DNA of 32,000 nt from Desulfocapsa sulfexigens DSM 10523 (GCF_000341395.1 NC_020304.1:2100001-2132000); one strand, 5' to 3'; positions 16,477 through 25,834 are shown, numbered from the stretch's first letter. Notes: generated by a model from the letters alone, not told the origin. A program made the numbers and translations.

Positions 16477-16528
16477 TGACAGTGATACGGGAAAGAGTAT
16501 AAAAATTTAAACTTTTTATGAAAAAAAC

Positions 16529-16557
16529 TTGACAGGAGCTTGTGCTGCAGATATCAT
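16529..16557 (+). promoter_or_regulatory. Sigma70-type promoter of the porin gene
   Basis: TTGACA (16529-16534), a 17-nt spacer, then TATCAT (16552-16557). An A/T-rich tract lies upstream (AAAAATTTAAACTTTTTATGAAAAAAA). This predicts a ~100-nt leader ending in the SD AAGGAG before the ATG at 16661. Confidence 0.6.
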
Positions 16558-16660
16558 CCATTAAATTGTTTAGTAGACATGGTTGTCTTGTCACCATTGG
16601 CGAGCAGCTGAGACGACGCCTTCAGTTTGGTGAAGGTGAAAATTTAAGGAGATAAAAGAG

Positions 16661-17812
16661 ATGAAAAAAGTAATTTGCGCTGTTGCTGCTTTTGCTATGG
16701 TTGCTGGTGTCGCTACTGTTGCTTCTGCAGAGGTGAAGTTGAGTGGTGATGCCCGTGCTCGTTTAATTTACAAGGATAACGGTGTAAAAGATTCTTATTC
16801 CAAATGGGATTCTCGTTTTCGTGTTGTACTTTCAGCAAGCACTGAGAGTGGAGTTTATGGTAAAGCGCGACTTCGTTTCCTTGATGGTGGATGGGATGGT
16901 TCTGGATTGTATGCACCAAGTGGAAAAGTGGCAACAACTACCACAACGCTTCAGAATGCAGCTGGCGAGGACGTTCAAGTTCTTACCAGCCAGACAAATA
17001 ATAACGTCTGGACAGATTACGCATATTTAGGTTTTAAGACTGGTGCTCTTGATGTAAGTGCAGGACGTCAGCCAACCAACTTCTCAAAATGGTTTAGCTG
17101 GGATCAACGTGCAGACCGTCTGAAAGTAATGTACAAAGCTAACGGAATGGTTTTGGCATATACTTATGATCAGCTGAGAGAAACCAATGATTTAAATGAT
17201 GACAAGTATGTCAATGGTATAACCTATAAGCAGAAATTTAATGATTCCATTAGCATGGGCGTTCGTGCAGTATACGTTATGGATGACATGAATGATAACC
17301 GTGATGGTATCAAAGCGTCTGTAAACCTTCCAATGAACTTTGGTGGAAACCAGATTATGGTTGAGGGTTCTTATATAGAAGGTGATGTTATTAACAGTGC
17401 AGATGACGCCATGGGTGCTTATGCTTCCTGGAGTTCTAACTTCGGTTCTGTGACCCCAACTGTAATGGTTGGTATGACACAGGATGGTTACATGGCTGAT
17501 GATGATTTTGGTTGGATCATGATCGGTGCCGCCTGGGGTATCACAGAGATAGCACAGGTTGGTCAGGGTGGCGATACTATCTTTGGTGCCTTCACTGCAG
17601 ACATGGCAGTGTCTGAACAACTTTCATTACAAGGAAACTTGGTTTATATGGATGTTGATGCTGCTCTTGATGACTCTGTTATTGAGGTTTCTGGTATGGT
17701 CAACTACGAAGTAGTTAAGGGAGCAGACCTTAGTTTTAAACTTGGTTACCTTGATTATGCCGATTCTGATTCAGTAATGAATGGTGTAGTTAGATTGGAT
17801 GTTGGTTTCTAA
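16661..17812 (+). CDS. Outer-membrane porin (beta-barrel)
   Basis: Signal peptide MKKVICAVAAFAMVAGVATVASA/EV, Gly/Asp/Tyr-rich amphipathic strands and a C-terminal VRLDVGF. There is a strong SD, and the third codon position is strongly T-biased (GCT/GTT/GGT), which suggests high expression. Confidence 0.8.
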   Translation: MKKVICAVAAFAMVAGVATVASAEVKLSGDARARLIYKDNGVKDSYSKWDSRFRVVLSASTESGVYGKARLRFLDGGWDGSGLYAPSGKVATTTTTLQNAAGEDVQVLTSQTNNNVWTDYAYLGFKTGALDVSAGRQPTNFSKWFSWDQRADRLKVMYKANGMVLAYTYDQLRETNDLNDDKYVNGITYKQKFNDSISMGVRAVYVMDDMNDNRDGIKASVNLPMNFGGNQIMVEGSYIEGDVINSADDAMGAYASWSSNFGSVTPTVMVGMTQDGYMADDDFGWIMIGAAWGITEIAQVGQGGDTIFGAFTADMAVSEQLSLQGNLVYMDVDAALDDSVIEVSGMVNYEVVKGADLSFKLGYLDYADSDSVMNGVVRLDVGF

Positions 17813-17860
17813 TTTTTAATCAACAGCAATTGTTTTACTAGATTCAGCAGTATGATAAAA

Positions 17861-17891
17861 ACGAGTTCTCATTGAGGACTCGTTTTTTTTT
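17861..17891 (+). terminator. Rho-independent terminator of the porin gene
   Basis: ACGAGTTCTC-ATT-GAGGACTCGT forms a 10-bp stem (one G-U pair, 3-nt loop) directly followed by a run of 9 T. Confidence 0.8.
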
Positions 17892-17906
17892 GTCCTTTAT
17901 TCTTCC

Positions 17907-19355
17907 TTGAATCCCTTTCTTCTCTTGTCTTCTCTATATAATAAAAACCGCTGGGGAGTCTTTCTTGTAGTTGCGGTGGGGGTATTTCTCTCCACCATGG
18001 ATAGTTCTATGATTAATGTGGCACTCCCTTCTATTATGCGGAGTTTTGGGACAAGCCTGCCGCAAACGGAATGGGTGGTTTTGATTTATCTTCTTACCAT
18101 TACTGTTTTTTTGCTGTTTTGGGGACGGATAGCGGATTCACTGGGACTGAGTTCTGTCTATATTGTTGGGATGGCAGTATTTTCTGTTGGTTCTGTGGCC
18201 TGTTATTTTTCAGTAACATTAGTGCAACTTATTGCTTTCAGGTTCATACAGGCCATGGGGGCTTCAATGATGATGGCCACTGGACCAGCAATTATTAAAA
18301 TGGTGTTTCCTATTGACCAGTTGGGGAAAGCTCTTGGGTTGATCGGTGTCTCTACCTCGGTGGGGCTGATGACTGGGCCTCTGATTTCCGGCTTCCTGAT
18401 TCATAGCTATTCCTGGCGTGAGATTTTCCTGGTTACCCTCCCTGTGAGCCTGTTTGCATGTGGCGCAGGATTGATTTTCCTGAAACCTTTTGCATCGCAG
18501 AAAGTTTTTAATAAGGCGAGACATCCCTTCGATTGGGCTGGAATGACCCTTTGGGCCGCACTAATAAGTCTTGCTGTGTTTTTATCCACTAACCATATAG
18601 GTGTTTCAGCCGAATTTCTCGTTGTTGAGGCTTTTCTGTGTCTTGTGCTCTTTCTCTTGTTTGCGAGAACGGAGGCAAGAAAGGAAAATCCTCTCTTCCC
18701 GATTTCACTTTTTCATAATCACTCATTTGGAATTGCAATATTCTGTGCTGCTCTCTCCTTCGCCGTCCTTTTTGTTGTTCTTATCCTTACTCCATTTTAT
18801 CTCGATTATGTTTTGTCACTTTCTGCAAAGGACATTGGTTTTGTAATGATGGCGTTGCCAATTTCGGTGTTTTTTGTTTCCCCTCTATCTGGTTTTTTAT
18901 ATAACCATATAGGTGCGCGGTTTCTCACGACCAGCGGACTCACGATTGCAGCCTGTGGTTTGATTCTTTTATGCTTTTTGACGACCGAAAGCTCATCCTT
19001 TGATGTGGCTTGGCGTCTGGCCGTTCTAGGTTGCGGTCAGGCCCTTTTCTTGACACCTAACAGTGCGACAGTTTTGGAAAACGTTGGTCCAGGCCAGACC
19101 GGGGTGAGTTCGGGGATGTTAGCTACGGCACGAAATCTTGGAATGCTGATAGGGGTGTCTCTTGCCGGACTGCTCTTTGGGGTTATTTTTTCGAGAGTGA
19201 GTGGTGGGTTTGATCTTAAACAATACAATCCCTGCTTGGCAGAGAATTTTATGTATGCACTGAAGATGACTTTTGCTATTACCGCAAGTATTTCAATATT
19301 TGGGGCTGTGCTCTCGTCTTTGAGAAGGAATGTTCCGCTAACAGAAAGGTCATAA
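17907..19355 (+). CDS. MFS transporter, DHA2 (EmrB/QacA-like, ~14 TM)
   Basis: VVAVGVFLSTMDSSMINVALPSIMRSFG (DHA2 TM1 motif), WGRIADSLG (motif A) and many hydrophobic helices. The annotated start is TTG with no clear SD, so the start is uncertain. Confidence 0.85.
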   Translation: MNPFLLLSSLYNKNRWGVFLVVAVGVFLSTMDSSMINVALPSIMRSFGTSLPQTEWVVLIYLLTITVFLLFWGRIADSLGLSSVYIVGMAVFSVGSVACYFSVTLVQLIAFRFIQAMGASMMMATGPAIIKMVFPIDQLGKALGLIGVSTSVGLMTGPLISGFLIHSYSWREIFLVTLPVSLFACGAGLIFLKPFASQKVFNKARHPFDWAGMTLWAALISLAVFLSTNHIGVSAEFLVVEAFLCLVLFLLFARTEARKENPLFPISLFHNHSFGIAIFCAALSFAVLFVVLILTPFYLDYVLSLSAKDIGFVMMALPISVFFVSPLSGFLYNHIGARFLTTSGLTIAACGLILLCFLTTESSSFDVAWRLAVLGCGQALFLTPNSATVLENVGPGQTGVSSGMLATARNLGMLIGVSLAGLLFGVIFSRVSGGFDLKQYNPCLAENFMYALKMTFAITASISIFGAVLSSLRRNVPLTERS

Positions 19356-19395
19356 GTGTCAAGTAGTCTGCTGGCTGTAACTGTGGTGTTTTTTT

Positions 19396-21237
19396 TTATT
19401 CCTGATCAGTTTTAGGGAGACTGATTCGTGCAACCATGCCTCCTGTCTCGCCGTGTTCCAGTGAAAAGTGTCCCTGGTGTTCAGCAACAATCTTCTCCAC
19501 AAGAGTGAGCCCCATTCCGGTTCCGTAGGTTTTTGTTGTAAAGAAAGGATCAGTTGCATGTTCCAGGGTGGAAGATACTATACCGATCCCTGAGTCTTCT
19601 ATGGTTATTGTGATGTAGGCTTCCTCCTCTTTACACGTTATTGTCAGAATGCCACCAGATGGCATTGCTTCTATCCCGTTCCTGATTAGGTGAAGAAGCA
19701 TTTGTCGTATCAGCTTTGCATCTATAAACATTACTGGGTCAGGAGATGGCAGGTTCAGTTGATAAAGTATGGATTGTTTTTTCATCGATCCGTAAAAAAG
19801 TAGAATACTTTTACGGATGAGTGGATAGAGTTGCTGCTTTGACTTGTCGGGTTTGTCATCGTCGACAAAATTAAATAAATCATCAAGAGTAGATTCAATC
19901 TTAGCAGTTTCCATAATCATCATATCCAGAAATTTCTGGTTTTTGTGATCATGATTTTTTTTTCCGAGTAATCTTGCAATTCCACCTATAGAGGTTATGG
20001 GGTTACGAATGGCATGAACAAGCTGTGCTGACATATGGCCAAGTGCTGAATAACGTTCGGCATCAATAAGTAGATCCTTATTTTTTTCAAGTTCCTGTGT
20101 TACCTCTTCAAGCTCTGTTATCTTGTTTTGCATATCCTTGTAAAGATGGCTGTGTTCAATAGCCAGGCTTGCCTGATTTGCAAATACTTCCAAAGAGTTG
20201 ATATCATCTTCAGTTATCGGATGTGCTGTGACAAAGTTATCGGCAATAATTACACCGAGTGATTTATTGGGCGAGAACAGAGGAGTAATGATAAAGTTAT
20301 CTTCGTTGAAGATCTGTAAGAGTTGTTCTGATATTCGCTGATCTCCATTGAATCCGTTCTGGATGAGAATACTTTTGCGGTTGCTGCATGCCTGAATAAG
20401 AACATGATCCTGATTTTCTGCAGGGATTTTTAAATTTTGAATAATTGCATTTAATTCTGCATCATTATTCATGTAGGATGTCTTGACCTTGTCGAGAATA
20501 TCAGTAAGGTGCAGGTTATCTTTTTTTATTCCATCCCAAACTCGGCTGGCATCTGCTCGGGAATTGGGGCCTATGGCCATTTTACCCTGCAGTTCTATGT
20601 TGTCGTCATTGAAGAGCAGGAGGAAGGCCCTGTTGAATCGTAAGCCTTCTTCGGCTGTGATGCCAACAAGAATGGATTGGAGGACTGAGTTCAACTCAAT
20701 GCTGTTTAAGTAAGCACTATTCATTTTAAGATTGAGTTGATGAAGAAATCTTGTACGGTAATTAGTGAGTTCGAGCTGTTTTTGATAGCGGCGGTTATCA
20801 ATGATAAGTTTTCGTTTTTGGAGAGAGTTTCTAACTGCCAGGCTAAATTCGTCAAGGGTTACCGGTTTCACAAGATAATCATCTGCCCCCTGACGTAAAC
20901 AACTGAGTGCAACTTCTAAATCAGTGGTTCCAGTCAGCATGATTATGCTGAGGTCAGGGTAGAGGGGGATGAGTTCTTTTAGGAGTTCGGTACCGTCACG
21001 GTCAGGGAGGCCAATGTCAAGTAGAACAAGTGCCACTGTTTCCCGTTGAAGGATCAGGTATAGTTCGGCTGCGCTGGATGCTGTAAAAACGGTGAAACCT
21101 TCATTACTGAGAAGGGTTTCAAAGATAAAGACGATTTCCTGTGAGTCGTCAACTATGACAATGGATTCACCAGGATCAAGATAGTTTCTCGAATGGTTTG
21201 TTCCATTATCGATAACTGTCGTCACAGAGTCAACCAT
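19396..21237 (-). CDS. Hybrid sensor: N-terminal receiver (REC) - GAF - HisKA - HATPase histidine kinase
   Basis: REC: IVIVDDSQEI...LVLLDIGLPDRDGTELL...LTGTTD...GADDYLVKP. A GAF-like region follows (NRAFLLLFNDD...GVIIADNF). H-box SAQLVHAIRNPITSIGG. N/G boxes IRNGIEAM, EDSGIGI and GTGMGLTLV. No TM segment. Confidence 0.9.
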   Translation of the reverse strand: MVDSVTTVIDNGTNHSRNYLDPGESIVIVDDSQEIVFIFETLLSNEGFTVFTASSAAELYLILQRETVALVLLDIGLPDRDGTELLKELIPLYPDLSIIMLTGTTDLEVALSCLRQGADDYLVKPVTLDEFSLAVRNSLQKRKLIIDNRRYQKQLELTNYRTRFLHQLNLKMNSAYLNSIELNSVLQSILVGITAEEGLRFNRAFLLLFNDDNIELQGKMAIGPNSRADASRVWDGIKKDNLHLTDILDKVKTSYMNNDAELNAIIQNLKIPAENQDHVLIQACSNRKSILIQNGFNGDQRISEQLLQIFNEDNFIITPLFSPNKSLGVIIADNFVTAHPITEDDINSLEVFANQASLAIEHSHLYKDMQNKITELEEVTQELEKNKDLLIDAERYSALGHMSAQLVHAIRNPITSIGGIARLLGKKNHDHKNQKFLDMMIMETAKIESTLDDLFNFVDDDKPDKSKQQLYPLIRKSILLFYGSMKKQSILYQLNLPSPDPVMFIDAKLIRQMLLHLIRNGIEAMPSGGILTITCKEEEAYITITIEDSGIGIVSSTLEHATDPFFTTKTYGTGMGLTLVEKIVAEHQGHFSLEHGETGGMVARISLPKTDQE

Positions 21238-21384
21238 TGGGAATTGTGTTGATTAGACTGAAGTTGAATGTTAACAAATTTAAAGGATTATACATTAATG
21301 ATTGTACAGTGCTTGCGGAAAAAGGAAAGAAAAAATCGAAGACAATTGCTATTAAATGGTTAGTGATTGGAAAGTGGAGAGCAT

Positions 21385-21780
21385 GTGAAAAAGGAAGTAA
21401 GTGATAGGGAGTTGAAAAAGATTGTTGCAGATTTCCTGGAGATGGGACATGTCGACAATATCTTTGAAATGTTTAAGCGCGACAAAAGCTATTATTGCTG
21501 GACTGGAGAGTTGCTTGATGACGAACGGTTCGGTGTTCGTTTAGGCATTACTGTCCTCTTTGAGGAATTGAAACTTCATTGTGAGGATGACATTCATCTC
21601 GCCGTGGATTCACTTTGCAATGCACTTAAAGAGAGTCCACCCCATGTTCGTGGCGACGCCGTAAATATTTTAGGGATCATAGGAAGTGAAGATGCACTTG
21701 TCTGTGTTCGTAATGCGCTGGAGGATGATTCTCCACAGGTTCGGGAAGTAGCCAAAGACGTTTTGGAGGAATGTGAGTGA
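21385..21780 (+). CDS. HEAT-repeat (PBS-lyase type) protein
   Basis: HVRGDAVNILGIIGSEDALVCVRNALEDDSPQVREVAKDVLEE is a typical HEAT_2 repeat pair. GTG at 21385 is preceded by GGAGAG, whereas the ORF-track start is TTG at 21367. The stop overlaps the helicase start (GTGA). Confidence 0.65.
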   Translation: MKKEVSDRELKKIVADFLEMGHVDNIFEMFKRDKSYYCWTGELLDDERFGVRLGITVLFEELKLHCEDDIHLAVDSLCNALKESPPHVRGDAVNILGIIGSEDALVCVRNALEDDSPQVREVAKDVLEECE

Positions 21781-23735
21781 AGGATGTTTTTGCTGAAGGG
21801 GGGAAGCTCTCGTCAGAATTAAAAGGGTTCGAGCCGAGAGTCGGGCAGCAGGTAATGGCTGAGGCAGTGGCAGAGATTCTGGCTGAGGGGAACGAAAGAA
21901 CTGATGGGCGCGCCTCACTCCTTCTCGTTGAGGCGGAAACCGGAATCGGAAAAACATTAGCATACCTCGTGCCAGCCCTTCTTTCAGGACAACGTGTTGT
22001 TATCTCAACAGCAACAATCAACCTTCAGGATCAGATTGTTAAAAAAGAAATACCTTTGCTTGAAACAGCACTGGAGATGGACATTCCTGCACTTTGCGTT
22101 AAGGGGCGTCAGAATTATCTTTGCCATTATCGTTGGTTTCAGTACTGTTCAAATCCTCAAATGTCCCTGTTGGAGGATGATGATATTTCCAAAATTGAGA
22201 AATGGTTGCAGAAAACAGAAAGCGGTGACAGGGCTGAACTCGCATGGCTTCCCGATCGTTCACCCCTGTGGCCAAAGATTTCTGCTCAGTCAAATCAATG
22301 TATGGGCAGCGATTGTCCAGAATTCCAACTCTGCTTTGTCAATCGTTTACGAAAACGTGCAGGTTCTGCACGAATCCTCATTGTAAATCATCATCTTTTT
22401 TTCTCGGATCTGGCACTACGACAAAAAGGGTTTGCTGAGATTTTACCACGCTACCAGGCAGTAGTCTTTGATGAGGCACATCATCTTGAGAATGTTGCTA
22501 CAGATTTTTTTGGTAAGCATTTCAGTCATTATCAATTGATCGATCTTATCGGTGATATTGAACGACACGCAGAAACTGATCTGGAAGCGTCTGTGTATGA
22601 TCGACTTATCGGTTCTACTCGTGGTCTCAGGCAGCGACTTGATAATTTTACTGCCCTCTTTCCTGTAGAGAAAGGTCGATATCCATTAACACCACTTGTT
22701 GAAAAGCTTGAAGCGTTTGGTTGGCAGGAGGCACTCACCGGGCTCACTCAGGGGCTGAGCACACTTGCCGTGAGGTGTGTAGACCTTGCAGGTCATGGAG
22801 AAATCTGGAATCTGTTGTCAGATCGTGCCATCGAGCTTCAAAATATTCTCCTTCATATTGCAAAGCCAGGGGAGGAAGAAGAGGGATATTTTATTCGCTG
22901 GTATGAAAGACGTGAAAGAACCGTCAGTCTTTCAGCAACACCTGTTAAGGTTGCAGAAGAATTAGAAAATTGTCTCTATAACTCTGTGCAGTCCTGCATT
23001 ATGACATCTGCCACTTTAACAACCGGTGGAACATTTAAGTATATGCAGGAGCGCCTTGGTATTGATGATACCTGTAAAACATTGCGTCTGCAGTCCCCCT
23101 TTGACTACACGGGTAGAACTTTGTTATATGTACCGGAACAGGGGTTTCCCGAGGCAACCGCAATACATTATAATGCATCTTTAAATGATCGTATTTATGA
23201 GTTATTAAAGATCAGCAAAGGTCGGGCACTGGTACTTTTTACTAGCATAAGGGCAATGGATTTTGCTGCAGGGTATCTCAGGGGGAAACTCTTATATCCG
23301 CTTCTTGTGCAGGGAACAGCGTCCCGTCATGCATTGCTGGATGAGTTTCGTGAGACCAATGAGTCGGTGCTGCTTGCAGTTGCATCTTTCTGGGAGGGAG
23401 TCGATGTCTCTGGAGATTCTTTAAGCTGTGTAATTATAGATAAACTTCCATTCGAAGTACCAAGTGATCCAGTGATTCAGGCAAGGATGAAGGCTATCGA
23501 AGCGGATGGGGGAAAGCCTTTTTTTCAGTTCCAGATTCCACGGGCCATTCTTACTCTACGTCAGGGGGTGGGTAGGCTTATGCGTTCTACGAGTGACCGT
23601 GGAATAATCGGGATTTTGGATATTCGTTTGTATTCAAAAGGCTATGGAAGAATTTTTCGTGCTAGTCTACCGCCATCTCCTGTGGTACGAACACTTGAAG
23701 CTGTGGAAGATTTCTTTACAAGAGAACAAAAATAA
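21777..23735 (+). CDS. dinG: ATP-dependent DinG/XPD-family helicase with Fe-S cluster domain
   Basis: Walker A VEAETGIGKTLAY and DEAH box VVFDEAHHLENV. Cys motif QCMGSDCPEFQLC (C-x4-C-x5-C) plus an upstream Cys (NYLCHY), matching the Cys spacing of the DinG Fe-S domain. Helicase C-terminal motifs FWEGVDV and QGVGRLMR. Confidence 0.9.
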   Translation: MKDVFAEGGKLSSELKGFEPRVGQQVMAEAVAEILAEGNERTDGRASLLLVEAETGIGKTLAYLVPALLSGQRVVISTATINLQDQIVKKEIPLLETALEMDIPALCVKGRQNYLCHYRWFQYCSNPQMSLLEDDDISKIEKWLQKTESGDRAELAWLPDRSPLWPKISAQSNQCMGSDCPEFQLCFVNRLRKRAGSARILIVNHHLFFSDLALRQKGFAEILPRYQAVVFDEAHHLENVATDFFGKHFSHYQLIDLIGDIERHAETDLEASVYDRLIGSTRGLRQRLDNFTALFPVEKGRYPLTPLVEKLEAFGWQEALTGLTQGLSTLAVRCVDLAGHGEIWNLLSDRAIELQNILLHIAKPGEEEEGYFIRWYERRERTVSLSATPVKVAEELENCLYNSVQSCIMTSATLTTGGTFKYMQERLGIDDTCKTLRLQSPFDYTGRTLLYVPEQGFPEATAIHYNASLNDRIYELLKISKGRALVLFTSIRAMDFAAGYLRGKLLYPLLVQGTASRHALLDEFRETNESVLLAVASFWEGVDVSGDSLSCVIIDKLPFEVPSDPVIQARMKAIEADGGKPFFQFQIPRAILTLRQGVGRLMRSTSDRGIIGILDIRLYSKGYGRIFRASLPPSPVVRTLEAVEDFFTREQK

Positions 23736-23745
23736 GGATAAGAAA

Positions 23746-24774
23746 ATGGCGGATGTCACCAATGCAGGTGTGCCGGAACTATTGCAGGCTATCGCTCCGG
23801 AAGTGGAAAAAATTGAACAGATCATGCTGCAGGATTTACGTGAGGCATCAGCCGGGGCGGATCCTCTGTTACGAGAAGTTCTGGAGTATGGTCTTTTGAA
23901 CGGCGGTAAGCGCCTTCGCCCACTTCTTGTAGTTCTTGCCGCACGTCTGTGCGGATTTAAAGAGGAAAATGACGACAAGGAGACCCTCTACAAGTTAGCC
24001 ATTGCTTTTGAATACCTCCATTGTGCCACCCTTTTTCATGATGACGTTATTGATCGAGCGGATATGCGCCGTGGAAAGCCATCGGTAAATGAAAAATTTG
24101 GTACGATTGCTGCTATTCTTGGCGGTGATTTTCTTCATTCCCGTTCCATGTTTCTTATCGGATCGCTTGGTGGGCGAAAAGCACTCCAGATATTTTGCAA
24201 CGCTACAAATGCCATGGTTGATGGTGAATTCCTTCAGCTTCGTAATGCCCAAAACTATAATCTCTCAGAAGATGATTATTTGGCCGCGGTAAAAGGAAAA
24301 ACTGCTTTACTTATTGCTGCGACCTGTGAGATAGGAGCTATTGCCGCAGGTGCAAGTACCGCAAAGCAGTTGGCACTGGCACAGTATGGAATCAGTCTTG
24401 GAACTGCGTTCCAGATAGTTGATGATCTTCTGGACTATATGGGAGATGTCGCTAAAACCGGCAAAGTAATTGGAAATGATTTTCAGGAAGGAAAAATGAC
24501 TCTTCCTGTTATTCTGACTATCGCTGAGGCGAATACAGAAGATAAGGCGAGCCTTCTATTTCTCTTGGAAAATACAAGTGCACGTCGGGATGGTTTTCCT
24601 GAGGCCTTCGAAATTATACAGAGATATGACGGGTTTGGAAGAAGCAGAAAAAGTGCTGAGTCAGTTGTTGCAAAGGCTGTAGCCGGGCTTGAAATATTCT
24701 CAGGAAAAAACGTCTCGCCAATCCTTACAATCTTTAAAGCATTGGCTCAATATGTGTTGACTAGAGAGAAATAA
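23746..24774 (+). CDS. Polyprenyl diphosphate synthase (IspB-like, trans-IPPS)
   Basis: First Asp-rich motif LFHDDVIDRADMRRGKPS and second Asp-rich motif FQIVDDLLDY. ATG at 23746 is preceded by AAGGA. The ORF-track start at 23644 would overlap the helicase gene by 92 nt and add a non-homologous N-terminus. Confidence 0.9.
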   Translation: MADVTNAGVPELLQAIAPEVEKIEQIMLQDLREASAGADPLLREVLEYGLLNGGKRLRPLLVVLAARLCGFKEENDDKETLYKLAIAFEYLHCATLFHDDVIDRADMRRGKPSVNEKFGTIAAILGGDFLHSRSMFLIGSLGGRKALQIFCNATNAMVDGEFLQLRNAQNYNLSEDDYLAAVKGKTALLIAATCEIGAIAAGASTAKQLALAQYGISLGTAFQIVDDLLDYMGDVAKTGKVIGNDFQEGKMTLPVILTIAEANTEDKASLLFLLENTSARRDGFPEAFEIIQRYDGFGRSRKSAESVVAKAVAGLEIFSGKNVSPILTIFKALAQYVLTREK

Positions 24775-24852
24775 TACTAAACTATTCATTGTATACTGTG
24801 AAGGGATCTCCCTAAACAAATATTTTGTATTGATTTGATTGAAGTGTGAATT

Positions 24853-25803
24853 ATGAACAGAAATGTCAGGAAAAAAAGAAAACCGGTTGTTCGGGGTAAA
24901 AAGAAAAATAAAAAAAAATCATTACTAACCGTCAGAATATTTTCCTTTTTTATTCTTCTTGGTTTGCTGCTTTTTTCAATGGGAGCTGCAGGATATGTGA
25001 TTTTTTTCAGAACTACTCTTGCGCATGGTTCACCCCTTGAGGAGTCGAATAGTAATATAGTTTTTGAGGAACCCTATCCGGCAATTCCGGTGTTTCCATC
25101 TGATGTTCCTCCGGTCCGTGATTCAACTCTGCCAATGGTTGCAATCATAATTGATGACATGGGCTATCATAAAGAGATTGGCGCCAGATTACTTGCTCTC
25201 CCCCTGAACCTCACGTTTTCATTTTTAGCTGCAGCCCCTTTCACGCCAGAACTGGAAGAAAAGGCGTTTCAGGCGGGACGAGTAATAATGTTGCACCAGC
25301 CCATGGAGCCAAAAAGCAAAGAGTGGGATCCCGGTTCCGGGGCGCTGTTTGTCGGGCAGAGTGACGAGGTACAAAAACAACTCTTTCAACAGAATCTCCA
25401 GGCTGTTCCTCATGCGGTTGGTGTAAATAACCATATGGGTTCATTATATACTGAAAACAGGGCGGCAATGGACAGTTTAATGGTAGCTGTGCGTGAGCAG
25501 GGCTTGTTTTTTGTGGACAGTTATACCACTGCTGATAGTCAGGGACTTAAGGCAGCAATAGCTGCTGGTGTACCCACTGCGAGAAGGCATATTTTCCTGG
25601 ATAATGTACATTCGCAGGATAAGGTTTGTAAACAACTGAAAAAACTGGTGAAGAGTGCAGAGGATAATGGCTGGGCCATTGGGATCGGTCATCCGAATGA
25701 AGCGACTCTGGCTGCCCTGACGAATTGTCAGGACAGCCTGTTGAAACGTGTACATCTTGTGAGTGCTCAAGAGTTATTATTCAGGTTGAATCACCCTGAA
25801 TAA
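24853..25803 (+). CDS. YibQ-like divergent polysaccharide deacetylase family protein with N-terminal membrane anchor
   Basis: Lys-rich N-terminus, then TM FSFFILLGLLLFSMGAAGYVIFF. VAIIIDDMGY and GVNNHMGS are motifs characteristic of the YibQ family. Confidence 0.8.
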   Translation: MNRNVRKKRKPVVRGKKKNKKKSLLTVRIFSFFILLGLLLFSMGAAGYVIFFRTTLAHGSPLEESNSNIVFEEPYPAIPVFPSDVPPVRDSTLPMVAIIIDDMGYHKEIGARLLALPLNLTFSFLAAAPFTPELEEKAFQAGRVIMLHQPMEPKSKEWDPGSGALFVGQSDEVQKQLFQQNLQAVPHAVGVNNHMGSLYTENRAAMDSLMVAVREQGLFFVDSYTTADSQGLKAAIAAGVPTARRHIFLDNVHSQDKVCKQLKKLVKSAEDNGWAIGIGHPNEATLAALTNCQDSLLKRVHLVSAQELLFRLNHPE

Positions 25804-25834
25804 TCAAAATAACTGTTTTCCGGTCAAGTAGATT

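Noticed and set aside
19356-19398. Possible bidirectional terminator between the convergent MFS and kinase genes (run of 9 T at ~19390-19398)
   Set aside because: I could not find a stable GC-rich stem next to the T run, and the T run overlaps the kinase stop codon region.
23644-23745. Upstream extension of the polyprenyl synthase ORF (ORF-track start at 23644)
   Set aside because: It would overlap the helicase gene by 92 nt and add MEEFFVLVYRHLLWYEHLKLWKISLQ..., which resembles no prenyl synthase N-terminus. ATG at 23746 has an AAGGA SD and gives a canonical ~342-aa enzyme.
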